From Vicugna vicugna (Eukaryota), in NCBI GenBank assembly GCA_013265495.1, contig MU057584.1, forward strand, positions 660,608 through 724,607: a DNA stretch of 64,000 nt, read 5' to 3'. Shown here one piece after another: positions 49,201 to 64,000 of this stretch. How positions within the stretch are numbered: the stretch's first letter is position 1; the number at the start of each line of letters is the position of its first letter. The notes beneath the pieces were generated by a model. The model was given only the letters and a program-made list of their open reading frames with translations. It was not told where the DNA came from and ran no database searches. The position numbers and the translations under genes are program-made.

Positions 49201-52200
49201 AGTCCTTGGATATTCTGTTCTATGTTTTGTTTATTTCTTTTGGTTTTCAGCCATTGTTTCTCTTTGCTTTTTAGTTTTTTTAGAGTTTTCTATTGAGACA
49301 TCCTCCAACTTAAGAGTCATTCCTCAACTGTGCCTACTAGTAAGCCCATTAAAGGCATTCTTCATTTTGTTGCAGTGCTTTTTGATCTCTGGCACTTCTT
49401 TCTCAGGATTTCCATCTCTTTGCCTGTATTGCCCATCTGTCCCTGCATGTTGTCTGCTTTATCCAATACAATCCTTAATCATAGCATATGAATTATAGTT
49501 GTTTTAAATTCCCAGTCTGATCATTCTAACATCCCTACCATGCCTGGTTCTGAGGCTCATTCTGTCTTTTCAGGTTGTGTCATTTTACCTTCTGATATGA
49601 CTTGTAATTTTTTTCTTGATAGCCAGATGGAATGTACTGGATAAAAGGAACTAAATACGCCTTTGGCAATGTAGTGGTGAGGTGTAGGGAGAAGAGGAGG
49701 AGTTCTACAGTCCTATGATTGGTTTCAGTCTTTTAGTGAGTTTATGCCTCTAGACTGTGAACTACACAGACGGTTTTATTTTTGGTTTATTTTTTAATTT
49801 TGGGTTTTGTGTTGGGGGGTGAGGTAATTAGGTTTAATATGCTTATTTATTTATTAATAGAGGTACTAGGGATTGAACCCAGGATCTGGCGCATGCTAAG
49901 CATGCATTCGGCCACTGGGCTATACCCGCCCCACCTTGAACTTCACGGGTGTTTTTAATTTTTTTCTCCCTCTTAACTAGGAGAGGATGGCTAGTGTGGG
50001 CTGGAGTTGGGTATCTCCCTTCCTCAGGTGAGTTGGCTTCTGATAATATCCCAGCCGGTTAGACTCTGGTTAACTAGTCCTCCTTGGGGCCGGCCTTGTA
50101 GGAAGAGCGTGCTCTAAAGAACTTCAAAATTGTCCTTTTCTCCCTTCTCCCTGCCCAAAGCACAAGGGGGTTTTTCTCTAGTATTTACTGTAGGAACCAG
50201 CTTCAGCTCCTGGAGGTAAATCTCACAAAATGGTGGGAGTCCTCCCACGGCTAGTTGCCCCTGGAGTTTTTAACTCAGAGTTGTCCACACTGAGCCTCCA
50301 GAGACTCATGAATTACAGCTCTGGTTTTCCTGTGCTGGCGCTGGTTCCCGCGGCATTTTCTGCCCGTGAGTCTCTGCTCTGGTAAGTTTTTATTCTCTGT
50401 ATTCACCTGTCGGTCTCTCCAGTCTTGGGGGCAGTGGTTCTCCCTGTGTCCTCACCTCACTGAAGGATCCCAGAAGTGTTGTTGATTTTTCAGTCTGTTC
50501 AGCTTTTTACGTGTTAAGATGGCGTGGTGACTTCCAAGCTCCTTGCATGTGAAACTGGAGAACAGAAGCTACCTACCTACTTGAAAAGAATGTATATTCT
50601 GCAGTTGTTGGATGTAGTGTTCTATATGTGTCAGTTAGTTCAAGCTGATTAATTATATTGCTGAAATTTATATTCTTTCAGATAGATTTTTTTTCTTGTT
50701 CTATCCGTTACTTCAGGAAGCATGTTAAAATGTTCAGCTGTGATCGTAGATTTGTCTGCCTCTCCTGTTCTGTCACCTTTTGCTTTATGCTTTTGAAGAT
50801 ACGTATTAGGTATATGCAAGTTTGCCGTTGTTATGTTCCTAATTAACCCATTTAAAATTATGAAATGTCCCTCTTCAACTCTTGGAATACATCTATCTAA
50901 AGTCTACTTTGTCTGATATATTAATATCATATTAATAACATATTAATGGCCACACTGGCTCTTTCTTTTGCACTGTACCTATTCACTCTTTCTTTTATTC
51001 TAAATCCATCTGTGATTTTATATTTAAAGTGTTTTTCTAATAAAGGGTACTTAATAGATTCTAGCTTTTCCTCCAGTATGACAGTATTTTCCTTTAGCTG
51101 GAGTGTTTATTTTCATTTACATTTAATATAGTTGGTGATACAGCTGTGTTTCAGATTACTGTATTAGTTAACCTTTGCTGTGTAATGAATCACCCTAAAA
51201 TTTACTGGCTTAAAACAACAGCCGTCATTGATTATCTTTCAGTTTCTGTGGGTTAGGAATTAATGAGTGGCTCATCTGGATGATAGGAGATCGATGATTT
51301 GCAAATACTTTCTTTCATTCTGAGAGCTGTCTTTTAACTTACAATCTTAAAGAAGTCCAACTTACCTATTTTCCCTTTTGTTCACCTTCATTTTTAAAGG
51401 TTGTTACTCCTCTACCCGTATGTTTGCACCTCTCCCTTCTCCCCACTGGTAACCACTAGTTTGTTCTAGCTGTGAATCTGTTTCTTTTTTGTTATAGTCA
51501 CCAGTTTGTTATAGTTTTTAGATTGCATATGTAAGTGATGTCATACAGTTTTTGTCTTTCTCTGACTTATTTCACTTAGTATAATGCCCTCCAAGTTTAT
51601 GTTGCTACAAATGGCGATATGTCATTCTTTTTATGGCTGAGTAGTATTCCATTGTGTATGTGTGTGAAGATGCCCCATCTTTACCCAGTCATCTGTTGAT
51701 GGACACTTAGGTTGCTTCCATATCTTAGTTATTGTAAATAATACTGATATGAACACTGGGGTGCTTATATATCTCAAATTAGTGTTTTGGGTTTTTTTAA
51801 GTCATATTCCTTTTCACTGGTGAGTAGTATTCCATTGTCTGAATATACTGCAATTTGTTTCTAATCACCTATTAATAAACATTTGGGTTATTTCCAATTT
51901 TTGAATTTTATGAATAAAGTTTCTATGAACATTTGTGTGAAGTCTTTTTATAGATATATATTTTAATTTCTTTTGGAAAACTACCCAAGAGAATTCTGAA
52001 TTACAGGGTAAATGTATATTCAATTTGACAAGAAATTACCAACCTGTTTTCCAAAGTGGGGGTACCATTTTAGACTCCCTTCAACTCTGTGGGAGAGTTC
52101 CAGCTGCTCCATATTTTTGCCATTGCTTGGTATTGTCAGTCTTTTAAAATTTTAGCCTTTTGAAAAGATGTGTAGTGATATCTCTTTGTGGCATTAATTT

Positions 52201-55200
52201 GAATTTCCCTAGTGATGGTAGATTTTGAATATCTTCCATATGCTTGTTGGCCATTAACAGATCTTATTTTGGAATATATTTTAGTTTCAAGGCTTTTGCC
52301 CATTTTAAAGTTGTATTGTTAAAGATATTTTCATTGATCTTTTCATTATTTAGTTGTAAAGATACTTTATATATTCTAAATTCCCCTAGTTTGGCATAAA
52401 TCCTACGTTTTAGCTTACATTTTAATTTTCTTAATTTTGTCTTTTGAAGAACAGAAGTTTGAATTTTAACAAAGTCCATTTATCTTTTCTTCTTTTATGG
52501 TTAGTGCTTTTATTGTCTTATCTAAAAAGAAAACTTTGCCTACCCCAAGTTTGTGAAGATTTTCTCCAATTTTTTTCTATAATTTTTATAGTTGTAGCGT
52601 TTACATTTAGGTCTCTGATTCATTTGAGGTAATTTTTGTGTGCATTGTGAGTTAGGTTCCGTTTTCTTCATGCAAATACCCAGTTGTTTCAGCACCGTTT
52701 ATTGAAAAGACTATCTTTTCCTCCCTTTGAATTACACTATATATTTATAGAAAATCAACTTTGGGTCTATTTTTGGCTCTCTAGCCTGTTTGTGTGACAT
52801 ATATCCTCAAACTAATACTACACTGTCTTGATTACTGTAGCTTTAAAGAAAGTCTTGAAATCAGGAAGTAAAGCCCTCTATCTTTGATATTCTAAGTCCT
52901 TCAGTTTCTGTATAAACTTGAGAATGGGGGTGGGGAGGCTAGAGCTGAAGTGGTAGAGCACATGCTTAGCATGCACACGGTCCTGGATTCAATCCCCAGT
53001 ACCCCCTCTAAAACAAATAAACAAACAGACCTAATTACCCCCCCTCAACCAGCTCCACCAAAAAATTTTAAAAAAGAATCCATTTGTCATTTTCTTCAAG
53101 AAGAGTATGCCGGGATTTTGATTGGGTTAATTTGTGGCCCTTTTATTCTATGTCATTGATCTTTATGTCAATAACACACTATTTGATTACTGCAGATCTA
53201 TAACAAATCTTAAAATTAGATGGAGTTAGCTTTGCAACTGTTATTTTTCAAGTTTGTCTTGGCTATTCTTGATCCTTTACATTTCCATGTGAATTTGGGA
53301 ATCAGCTCATCAATTTCTACAAAAAGGATTGCCAGGATTTTGACTGGGATTGCATTGAATACATAGGTAAATTTGAGAACTGACATCTTGACAGTATGAG
53401 CCTTTCAGTTCATCAATATGGTTCAGTCTCTCCATTAGGAGAGAAAAATGAAAACCGTTAGGTTCTTGTTAAATTCTCTCATCAATGCTTTTTAGTTTTC
53501 AATGCCTACATTGTGCACATATTTTGTTAGCTTTATATATAATATTTATAATTTGTGATGCTGTTGTAAATTATATTTTTAAATGTTATTTTCCAGTTGT
53601 TGGTTGTTATCTAGAAATAATTAATTTCTTGTGTTGACATGTATCTTGAAGCCTTGTTAACATCACTAATTAAGATCATTTATTAACAGTAACATCAATG
53701 GCACTTATTAGTGCCAGCACTTTTTTTTCCTAGAATACTTAGAACCTTCTGTGTGCATACTCATGTCATCTACAGATAAAGATCATTTTAATTCTTCTTT
53801 TCCAATTTGTTACCTCTTATTTCCTTTTTCATGCCTTATTGCTACAGCCAGGATCTCCATTACAATACTGAATAAAAGTAGTGACAATAGATATCTTTAT
53901 CTTCTTCCTGATCCTAGAGGGAGAGTGTTCAGTCTTTTATCATTAAGTAAAATGTTAGCGTAAATCTTTGAGGAGTGTCATTCTATTTCTGGCTTTCTGA
54001 GAATTTTTATTATAAATATCTATTGAATTATGTCAAATGATTTCCTTCACTTATTGAGATGATATGATTTCTCTCCAAAATTCTATTAATGTGGTTTGTT
54101 TCATTGATAAATTTATGATGGTTAAATCCACCTTGCAGTCTGAAACAAATCTCACTTGGTCATGAGGCATTTTCCTTTTTGTATGTTACTGTAGTAGATT
54201 TGTTAATATTTTGTTAAGAATTTTTATATCTGTGTTCATGAGGAATATTGGTTGTACTCTTCTTTTATGTACTCTTCTTGTAATGCTTTTTGTCTGATTT
54301 TGACTTCAGGGTAATGCTGGCCACATAAAATGAGTTGGTAAGCATTCTTTCCTCCTCTCTGTTCTGAAAGAGTTTATGGTAGAATGATATTACATCTTCC
54401 CGAAATGTTTCATCAAATTCAACTGTAAAGCTCTCTGGCCCTTACATGTTTTTGTGAAAGTTTTAAAATTATGAATTGATTTCATTAATAGTTATAGTGC
54501 TATTCAGATATCCTGTTTCTTCTTGTGCCAATTTTGGTAATTTGTGTTTTTTAAGGAATTTGTCCATTTCAACTAAATTGCCAAATTTGTTGGCATATAT
54601 TCATAAAGCTAAAAAATTCTTTTAACTTCTTTAGGAAATGCCATGATGTCCCTTCTGTCATTCCTGAATTCAGTAATTTTTTTTCATTTATTGTCTTGAT
54701 TTTATCCAGTGAGAATTTTATCGATTTTATTAACCTTTTCAAAGAATCAACTTTAAAAAAACAGAATTTCCTTATTTTTGGTCAGTTTCTTCTATCATTG
54801 GTTTCCATTATTATCTTTAATATTTCTTTTCTTCTGTTTAATTTGGGTTTACTGTGCTCCTCTTTTCTTAGCTTCTTACAATTGAAGCTTAGATCTTTCC
54901 TTTTAAACCCTTCTTATCTACTATAAACAATTATAAATATATAAATTTCCATTTTTATTAATATCTGCTTATGATGTCTTTTTATATGAAGTGCATTTCT
55001 TGTGGGCAGCATACAGTAGTTGGATCTTGCTTTTTTAAAAGTCCAGTCTGATAGCTCTGTCTTAGAATCGGGTTCTATGTGATTATTACTATGTTAGTTA
55101 TAAATCTATCAATTTGACTTCTTTCCTGTCTCATCTAGTCTTTGTGCCCTTTTTTTTTTTTTTTGGTCTTCTTTTGGATTCACTGAGTATTTCTTTATGA

Positions 55201-55867
55201 TTCTCTTTTGTCTTCTTTGTAGGTTTATTAGCTGAGCTCTTCTGTGATTTTAGTGTTTGCTTTAGAGCTTGGGTTATAACTCTAACCTATTGCAGACTAC
55301 ATTCAAGTGATCTCTGCTACCAGTTCACAAATGGTGTAAGAACCTTGTGATCCAGAAATTGCCTTTCTCCCCTCCTGGCACTTGTGCTTTGTCAAACATT
55401 TCACTTTTACATACATTACATGCTCCACAACACTTCGTAGTTATTTTTGCTTAAACAATCCAGTTTCTTTTGAAGAGATTTGAAAAATAAGGAAAAACAG
55501 CTTGTATACTTTCCCACACAGTTTACCACCCCATTTCTGGTGCTCATCATTCCTTTGTGTAGATCCAGATGCCCATCTGATACCGTTTTCCTTCTGTCTG
55601 AGAGGCTTTCTGTAACGTTTCCTGTTGTGCAAGTCTGCCTGTGATAGATTCTTTAAGCTTTGGAATGTCAAAAAGCTGTTCTGGTCTTTTTTTTTTGCCT
55701 TTGGTTTCTTAACGTTTAAAAATTTCTTTAAAATTGTGGTGAAATATACATAACACAAAATTGACTATCTTAACCATTTTCTTTTTTATTATTTTTATTT
55801 TTTTAATTGAAGTATTGCTCCTTTACAATGTTGGATTAGTTTCTGGTGTGCAACATAGTGATTCCAT

Positions 55868-55899
<32 letters not shown>

Positions 55900-58800
55900 T
55901 ATTATTATATTATATATATAGTCTTTTAAAGATATTTTTCATTATAGGTTATTATAAGATATTGAATATAGTTCCCTGTGCTATACAGTAAGGCCTTGTT
56001 ATTTATCTATTTTATACATAGTATCTTAGCCATTTTTTAAAAACTTATTTTGGAGAAGGTAATTAGGTTCATTTATTTATTTATTTTTAATGGAGGTACT
56101 GGGGATTGAACCCAGGACCTCATGCATGCTAGGCATGTGCTCTGCCACTGAGCTATATCCTCTCCCCTTAGCCTTTTTTTTTTTTTAGGAGAAGAGGTAA
56201 TTAGATTTATTTATTTATTTTAATGGCTGATACTGGGGATTGAACCCAGAACCTCCTGCGTGCTATGTGCATGTTCTACCACTAAGCTATAACCTCTCCT
56301 CTTCCTGTTAATCATTTTTAAATGCACAATTCAGTGGTGTTAAGTACATTCATATTGCTGTGTAGTCATCACAACCAGCCAGAACTTTTTCATCATCCCA
56401 AACTGAAACTCTGTACCCATTAAACAAGAGCTCCCTTTTCTCTCTTATCCCTAGGCTCTCACAACCACTATTTTAGGATCTTTCTCTATGAATCTGACTG
56501 TTCTACGTGCCTCATATAAGGAGAATGATGAAGTATTTGCCCTTTTGTGACTAACTTATTTAGGATAGAATAATGTTTTCAAGGTTCATTCGTGTTGTAA
56601 TATCTGTCAGAATTTCTTTCCATTTTTAAGGCTGAGTAATATCTCACTGTATGGACATGTCACATTTTGTTCATCTATTCACCTGTTGATGTTGGGTTGT
56701 TTCTACCTTTTGGCTCTTGCGAATGCTGCTTTGAATGTGTGTGTATCAATATCTGTTTGAGTTCCTGGCTTCAATTCTTTTAGGTATTTCCTAGGAGTAG
56801 AATTGCTGGATCATATAGTAATGCTATGTTTAATTTTTTGAGGAACCATCATCCTGTTTTCCACAGCAGCTGTACCATTTTATATTCCTACAATCAAGGC
56901 ACAAGGGTTCCAATTTTTCCACATCCTGGCAAATAATTATTTTCCTTTTAAAAAAAAATAACCATTCTAATGGCCATGAAGTAATATTCCATTGTGATTT
57001 AGATTTGCATTTCCCTAATATGCATATTTTCATGGGCTTATGGGCCATTTTTTATATTGTCTTTGGAGAAATGTCTATTCAAATCCTTCACTCTTTTTTT
57101 AATTGAACTGTTTGTTATTTTCGTTGTTGAGTTACAGTTCTTTTTATATTCTGGCTACTCATCCCCTATCAGATGTATCATTTGTGAATGTTTTCTTGTT
57201 CTTTCGCTCTCTTCATAGTGTCCTTTGATGCACAAAGATTTTTAATTTTCGTGAAATCCAAAAGAAAAAATTAACCTAGTAGGTCATTCTTTTGTTGCCT
57301 GGGCTTTTGGTGTCATACTTATGAAACTATTGCCAAATCCAAAGTCATAAAAAGATTTTACCTGATGTCTTCTAACAGTTGTATAGTTTTAGCTCTTAAT
57401 GCTTTGATCCTAAGTTTTCTACACTGTGTGATTTTTGTATATGGTAGCACCATTTGCTGGAAATACTGTCTTATCCTTATTGAATGGTCTTGGCATCCTT
57501 GTCAAAAATTTTGATCTCATGTGTGAGGGTTTAGTTCTGAACTCTGTTCCATTCCATTGGTTTATATCTGTCTGTCTTTTCTTTTTTTTTTTTTAGCATT
57601 TTTAAATGAATTTTTTAAGCAGTCTCGTTTTATTTATTTATTTATTTTGGCAGGGGATGGTAATTAGGTTTGTTAGTTAATTAATTAATTAAATGGAGGT
57701 ACTGGGGATTGTACCGAAGACCTCACGCATGCTAGGCATGCACTCTTCCACTGAGCTATACCCTCCTCCGTATGTATGTCTGTTTTTATGCTAGTATCAC
57801 ACTATTTTGATTATTGTAGCTTTGTGGTTAGTTTTGAAATCAGGAAGTGTGAGTCCTCCCACTTTGTTCTTCCTTTTCAAGACAGTTCTGGAAATTCAGG
57901 GTTCCTTGAAATGAGTTTTAGGTTGAAATTTCCTACTTCTGCAAAAAAACACCATTGGAATTTTGATAGGGATTGCATTGAATCTATAGATCTCTTTGGG
58001 TAATTTTGTTATGTTAACAATATTAAGTCTTCCAAACTGTGGATATGGTGTCTTTCCATTTATCTGGGTCTTGCTTAATTTTTGAAAGAAATATGTTTTC
58101 GTTTTCAGTGTGTTTTAGTTTAGTCTTTCACTTCCTGGGCTAAATTTATTCCTAATTATTTTATTCTTTTTGATGTTTTTGTAAATGGAATTGTTTTCTT
58201 AATTTCCTTTTCAGACTGTTCATTTCTCATGTATAGAAATACAACTGATTTTTGTGTGTTGATTTTGTATCCTGCAACACTGCTGAATTCATTTTTAGTT
58301 CTAATGGGCTTTTTGTGGATTCTTTAGACGTTTCTACATATAAGATCATGCTATTGCAAACAGAAGATATTATTTCTTCCTTTCCAGTGATTTTTCTTGC
58401 CTTAATTGCTCTAGCTAGAACTTCCAGTACTATGTTAATAAAAATGGTGAAAGCAAACATCCTCATTTTGATTCTGATCTCAAGGGGAAAGTTTTCAATC
58501 TTTCCCCATTGTGTATAATATTACTATGGTTCTTTAATATATGGCCTTTATCATGTTGAGGAATTTTCCTCCTATTCTTAGTTTATTGAGTCTTTTTGTC
58601 ATAAAAATTGTTGAATTTTGCCTCATTCTTTTTCATATCCCCCATGAACATGAATGCAAAAAGAATAAAACGTTAGCAAAACAAAGCAAGTGATACATAA
58701 TAATGATAATACATCATGATCCAGTGGGTTTAACCTAAAAATTTCAAGATTGTTTTAACAATCAGTAACAATCTAAGTAATCCATCCCATTAACAGAAAA

Positions 58801-61800
58801 AAGAAGAAAACAGTTTATCATAAAAGATATAGGAAAAGCATCAAGCAAATTTTATCACCCATGCCACATAAAAACTTTCACCAAACTGGGAATTGAAGGA
58901 TCTTCTTCATTCGGATATGAAGCATCTATGAAAAACCTACACTTAGCATGATGCTTAATAATGAAAGGCTAAGTGCTTCCCCTCTGAGATTGCGAATAAG
59001 ACAAGGATGCCTGTTGTTAATAATTCTATTCAATGTTGTACTAAAGGATCCAGCCAGTGCAATATAGCAAGAAAAAAGCTCACACATATTGAAAAGGAAG
59101 ATATAAAATAGTCTTTATTTGCAAAAGGCCTAACAGTCTCTGTAGAAATCCCAAGGAATCTACAGAAAGAAAAAAAGCAACAACTAGAACTAAGAAGTAA
59201 ATATATCAGGATTGCAGGATAGAAGGCCAATATTTTTAAATGGTATTTCTACATGGAAGCAATAGATGACTGGAAAATGAAAGTTTAAAGCCAATGCAAT
59301 TTACAGTTCAAAAAAAAGTCTTAAAAACAAGAAAACTCAGGGTAGACTTTTTTTGCAAAACATTGGTTTCAGTTATATACATATATAATGTATATGTGTT
59401 TGTTGGATTGCGATCTAAAATATATTTTTTTAGGTCAAGAAAGTTTGCAAGCCACTATAGCTAAGTGACACTGGCAAATAAAAGCAAAAATTAACCTCAA
59501 AAAAAGCCAGTGCAATTTACAATATAAAACAAAAACTAAAACATTAAGAAATAAATTTAACAAAATTTGTGGGAGACTGGTACACTGAGAGTTGCAGAAT
59601 ATTGCAGAGAGAAATTATAGAAGTTTTTTTTTAAAATGGAGAGTTATACCTTGTTCTTGGGTCAGAAGACTCAATAGTATTAAGAAGTCAACTTTCCCCC
59701 AAATATGTCACACTCAATGAGATCTTAGTCAAAATTCCAGCAGATTTTTTTTGGTACATATTAACTATTTGATTCTAAAATGAATATGGAAAAATAAAGG
59801 ACTTAGAATTGATGTAATTTTGTAAAAGAAGAACAAAATTGAAGAACTTACTCTTGCTGACTTTAAGGCCTACTAGAAAGTTACACCAATCAAGATAGTG
59901 TGGTATTGGTGTAGGGGTCAGCATAGATCAGTGGGATAGACTAGAGAGTCCAGAAATATATTCATATATATATGGTTAGCTGATTTTCTACAAAGATAAA
60001 CAGTGTAATTCAATTTGATAGCTACATCAAAAAAAAATTAACTTGAACCCCTACCTCACACCATGTACAGACCTCAACTCCAAATAGATCCTAGACCTAA
60101 ATGTAAAAGCTAAATCTATGAAACATCTAGAAGAAATAGGAGAAATATTTGCATGCTTAGGAGAGGCAAATATTTCTCAGGACACAAAGAGCATTAATCC
60201 TAAGAGGAAAAAAAATTGGATTTCACTAAAATTTAAACTTCTACTCTTCAAAGGTAACATCAGAAAATTAAAAGTCATGCCAAAAACTGAAGAAATTTGT
60301 AGTATATATATTTAACGAGAAACTTGTCTCCAAAATGTATGAAGAACTCAATAATTAATTAAAAGACAAACACTGCAACAAAACTAGGCAAAAGCCTTGG
60401 ATACTTAACAAAAGAAGATATGTGAATAGCCAATAGGCTTATGAAAGATGTTCAATTTTTTAAATCAATATTCTATTTTTTAAAATTGAAGTATAGTTGG
60501 TTTACAATGCTGTGTTAATTTCTGGTATACAGCATAGTGTTTTAGTTATACATATATATTCCTTTTCATATCCTTTTTCATTATGGGTTATTACAAGATA
60601 TTGAGTATATTTCCCTGTGCTATACAGTGGGATCTTGTTGTTTATCTATTTTATATATGGTAGTTAGTATCTGCAAACCCCAATTTATCCCTCCAAACCC
60701 TCCTCCCCATCCCCTTGGTAACCACACGTTTGTTTTCTATGTATGTGAGTCTCAATATTTTTAAACATTATGAAAATTTAAATTAAAACCACAAGGAATA
60801 CCACTACACACCTACTAGAATAGTTGCAAATTTTAAAAGACTGATAATATCAAGTGTTGGTGAGAACAAGGGACACCACCAGCCTGGCACCAAACTGGAA
60901 ATAGCCCAAATGTCCATCAACAATAGAATGGATGAAAAAAAAAAATTCTGACAAGTCAATATAATGGAATCCCATAGAGTAATGAGAATGAGCAAAGTAC
61001 TGTTTTATATAATAACATGGATGAATCTTGGGGGGAGGATATAGCTCAAGTAGTAAAGCACATGCTTAGTACGCGTGAGGTCCTGGATTCAATCCCCAGT
61101 ATCTCCTCTAAAAAACAAATAAATAAATAAACCTAATTACCTCCCCTCCGCCAAAAAAAAATTTTTTTTAAATAAAGTTTGGGGAAAAAAAAGAATAATT
61201 AATAGCATGGATGAATCTGTCAAATATAATGTCAAGTGAAAGAAGGCAGAAACCAGAGTCATTGGGATGTATGATTCCAATTATGTAAAATTACTGGTGG
61301 GAGTAATCAGTAGTGTTGGACCCAGGATAGTGATAAACTTTGTGGGGCAGGAGTGGTTGGGAGAGGATTTGAAGGGGAAAGATTCATATCTTGACCTGGG
61401 TTGATTACAGAGTTTCACTCTGGAATTTCACTGAGGTTTGCACTAATGATCTGTGTGCCTTTCTGTATGTTTATTGTACTTCGATAAAGAATTTCAAAAT
61501 ATCTGGGTGGAGGGTATAGCTCAAGTGGTAGAGTGCATGCTTAGCATACAGAAGTATTCAATCCCCACTACCTCCTCCAAAAATAAATAAGTGAACCTAA
61601 GTACCCCCAAAAAAAATCCTAAAAAAAAAAAATTTCAAAATAGCCAAAGAGAATAGTTTATGAATTAGAAATTGGTCATTTCCTGTCTCTCTCCAATCCT
61701 ATTCCCCAGAGGTAGCCATGGATGCAAAATGGGTAGTGCCTTTATCCAGAGTTGTAAATGTATTTCCTGAACTGTAGCCACTGTCCTGCACTTCGTGTTT

Positions 61801-62100
61801 TTCACATAACAGTGTATCTTGGAGGATGTTCCCTATCAGAACTCTGAAGAGCTGCCTCCAATCTTTATCAGCTATGTTGTATTCCACTGGGGGCTATACC
61901 TACCAAACCCAATTATACCAGTCGTCTATTGACTGTTTTCCATCTTAGCACTTTGAACAGTGTAGCAATGGCTATCTTCCTTCAGGTGTCGGTTTTGCAC
62001 CTGTATGAGTTTCACAAGGGGATGCATTCCTAGAAGTGGGATGTCTGAGTTCAAGTCTAGGAGCATTTTCAAATTCCCTTTGAGAATCATTCCATGTATA
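46300..62100. mobile_element. AT-rich block of old, fragmented L1 with interspersed Vic-1-type SINEs (48907, 49814, 52926, 56051, 56188, 57650, 61030, 61505)
   Basis: Near-continuous L1 ORF2/3'UTR-like sequence in both orientations (e.g. [12 protein letters not shown]); SINE heads at the listed positions. Confidence 0.8.
55868..55920. repeat. (TA)n microsatellite within an L1 3' end
   Basis: Direct observation. Confidence 0.9.
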
Positions 62101-62679
62101 ACAAAGTGCTTTAGGTGAGATTACAGGGAAATGTGAGGGATCTATTGATCCCATTTTCCTCCTCAGGGCCTCTGGGATATCATGAGCTGCAAGGTGATCT
62201 TTGTGGTCCAGGTGGAGGTTGGAACTCAGTGCAGATACCTCTTCCTCCAGGAAGCCCTCCCTGATTCCTAGACAGGGTCAAGGAACCCTTGGGCTTCTCT
62301 AGTCCTCCTGAGCTTCCCAACTCTAGCCTTGACCACTCTGGATGACAGATGTGTCTCCTCCTTGGACTGTCAGTTCCATAAGGGTAGGGCCAAGGCTGTC
62401 AAGGTCACCACGGTGTCCCCAGCACCATCCTGCACAGGGTTGGACACAGAGGATGAACTTGGATATATGAATAGGTTGACAGATGGAATGAATTTATAGG
62501 AATAGAGAGAGTCAGGACTCAGAGGGGACAGGACTCAGCACCCAGGGACCCAGAGAGGAGGCAGAGAGGCTCAGAGAAGAGAATGAAGACTTGAGGATTG
62601 GGAAGGGGTTTCTGGAAAGAGACAGGGTCTCAAGGGGAGAGACAGAGACTTAGAGAGGGGTGGCATCTCAGGGAGAGGC

Positions 62680-62796
62680 ATGGAGACTCAGAGAGGTGGC
62701 TGGGGTTCAGGCTGGCGAGGGTCACGGGTGCCCCGACAGCAGGTGGAAGTTGCAGAAGGCCTGGAAGCTGAGGCTCCAAGGGAGAGTGGGAGCTCG
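62680..62796 (+). other. Candidate exon ending at a strong donor (TCG|gtaagt); possible first exon of a downstream gene
   Basis: ggcATGG Kozak at 62680; 39 codons to a phase-0 gtaagt donor in GC-rich, apparently unique sequence; no recognisable homology. Confidence 0.25.
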
Positions 62797-64000
62797 GTAA
62801 GTTTCCTCTTTTATTCCCCCTCTTCCTGTGGACAGCAAAGTCCAGGCTTGTCTCCCTCCTCAAACCAACTACTCAGATCTGGAGGGCTGGGGAGGGGCCC
62901 AAGGGCTCTGCTGGGTGGGCCCTGGACATCCTTGTTCTCTCCCCTAAACCTCTGGGGCCTCCTCCACCCTGTTCGGGTGCTTTGATGGGGCTGCCTTAGA
63001 GCTCAGCAGAAAATAACCCTCCTGGGTACACAATTTGTCAGAAAGGCATTGGGCCGAAAAGGAGGGTCCTGACCCTCTCTTGGTGGGGACGGAGGGGAGA
63101 GGGCAGGTGGATCCCAACCCCTTGTGCCTCTCCTTTCCCAGAATTTCCTGCCCAGGTGCCTTTCTGGTCCTGGCTGCAATTTCTCATTTTGATGAAGTTG
63201 AATTATCCTGGTCCCAGTTGAATCAACCCCAGTCTGAGCAGAGGGCACAGCCACCTGGAGACTGCCTTCTGCCCTTTCTCCTACCCTGGACCATGGTCAT
63301 GGCCCATAGGGGTAGTCCCCTCCCCATCTGGCTCCATCTCTTTTCTCTCCAATGATGGGGCTGCTCAGCTACTTGGGTGGGTGACCAGAAAAGTTCAAAT
63401 CCCAGCCTCTGCCTGTAACATACAGTTGGTACCTAACTTTCTGAGCCTGCTTCCTGCCTGAAAGAAACAGTCCCCTTTCCTAGGGCCAGGGGCCGGTGCC
63501 ATGAGATGCTATGCATTTAAGATACAGTCAGGGAGCTCCTTCCATAGGACACTGGGATTGAACACACCTCCATCTGAGTCCAAAGAGCTAATGTTTTCCG
63601 AGCACTTTCCATGGGTTGGGATCTGGGCCAAATGCCTCACACACCTTCTCATCGCTGAGCCCTCCCAGCCTGCTCACTTTTGTTGTCAGAGCCTGGGGTG
63701 TGCAGGTGGGGCTCTGCTCCTGGCACTTGTTGGATGGTGACCTTAGCTGCATTCCTGCCCCCGTCTGGGCCTCTGGTTCCAAATCTGCAGTGAATCTGTT
63801 GAGTGAATCCTCGGGAACATGGTACTTGGCATGCATTTGGTACTATTAAGACCCTTTCCCCCATTTCCCAAAAGTGGAAACTGAGGCTCAGAGTAGGATT
63901 AGAACATCTCAGGGGACCGAGAAAATGCTTGCAATCTAGAGAAAAGTGGGGCAGCATATTCATAATCAAAAAGTAGAAACAGCCTAAATGTCTGTCAGCT

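Overview
Mammalian genomic DNA, very probably from a camelid, judged from about 23 copies of a tRNA-Ala(AGC)-derived SINE of the Vic-1 type. Most of the window is transposon-derived (L1, L2, MIR, MaLR and ERV1 LTRs, Tigger1). The main feature is one intact 11-exon + strand gene (ATG 28364 to TAA 46197; 963 nt CDS; 320 aa), which I assembled by hand from GT-AG junctions and which the ORF track shows only in pieces. It encodes a membrane-anchored, probably NADP(H)-dependent short-chain dehydrogenase/reductase of the HSD17B12/HSD17B3/HSDL1 group. It is too divergent to be HSD17B12 or HSD17B3 and, from recalled sequences, most resembles fish 20beta-hydroxysteroid dehydrogenase type 2 (hsd20b2). 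Upstream lie a degraded two-LTR gamma-like provirus (~6.9-24.4 kb, minus strand) with nested Tigger1, LTR, L1 and SINE insertions, and a second LTR+PBS(Leu) remnant next to the gene promoter. A 76-N assembly gap falls in the promoter. Possible first exons of neighbouring genes lie near both window ends (low confidence). Repeat family names come from pattern recognition rather than a database search, and repeat boundaries are approximate unless a target-site duplication (TSD) is given.
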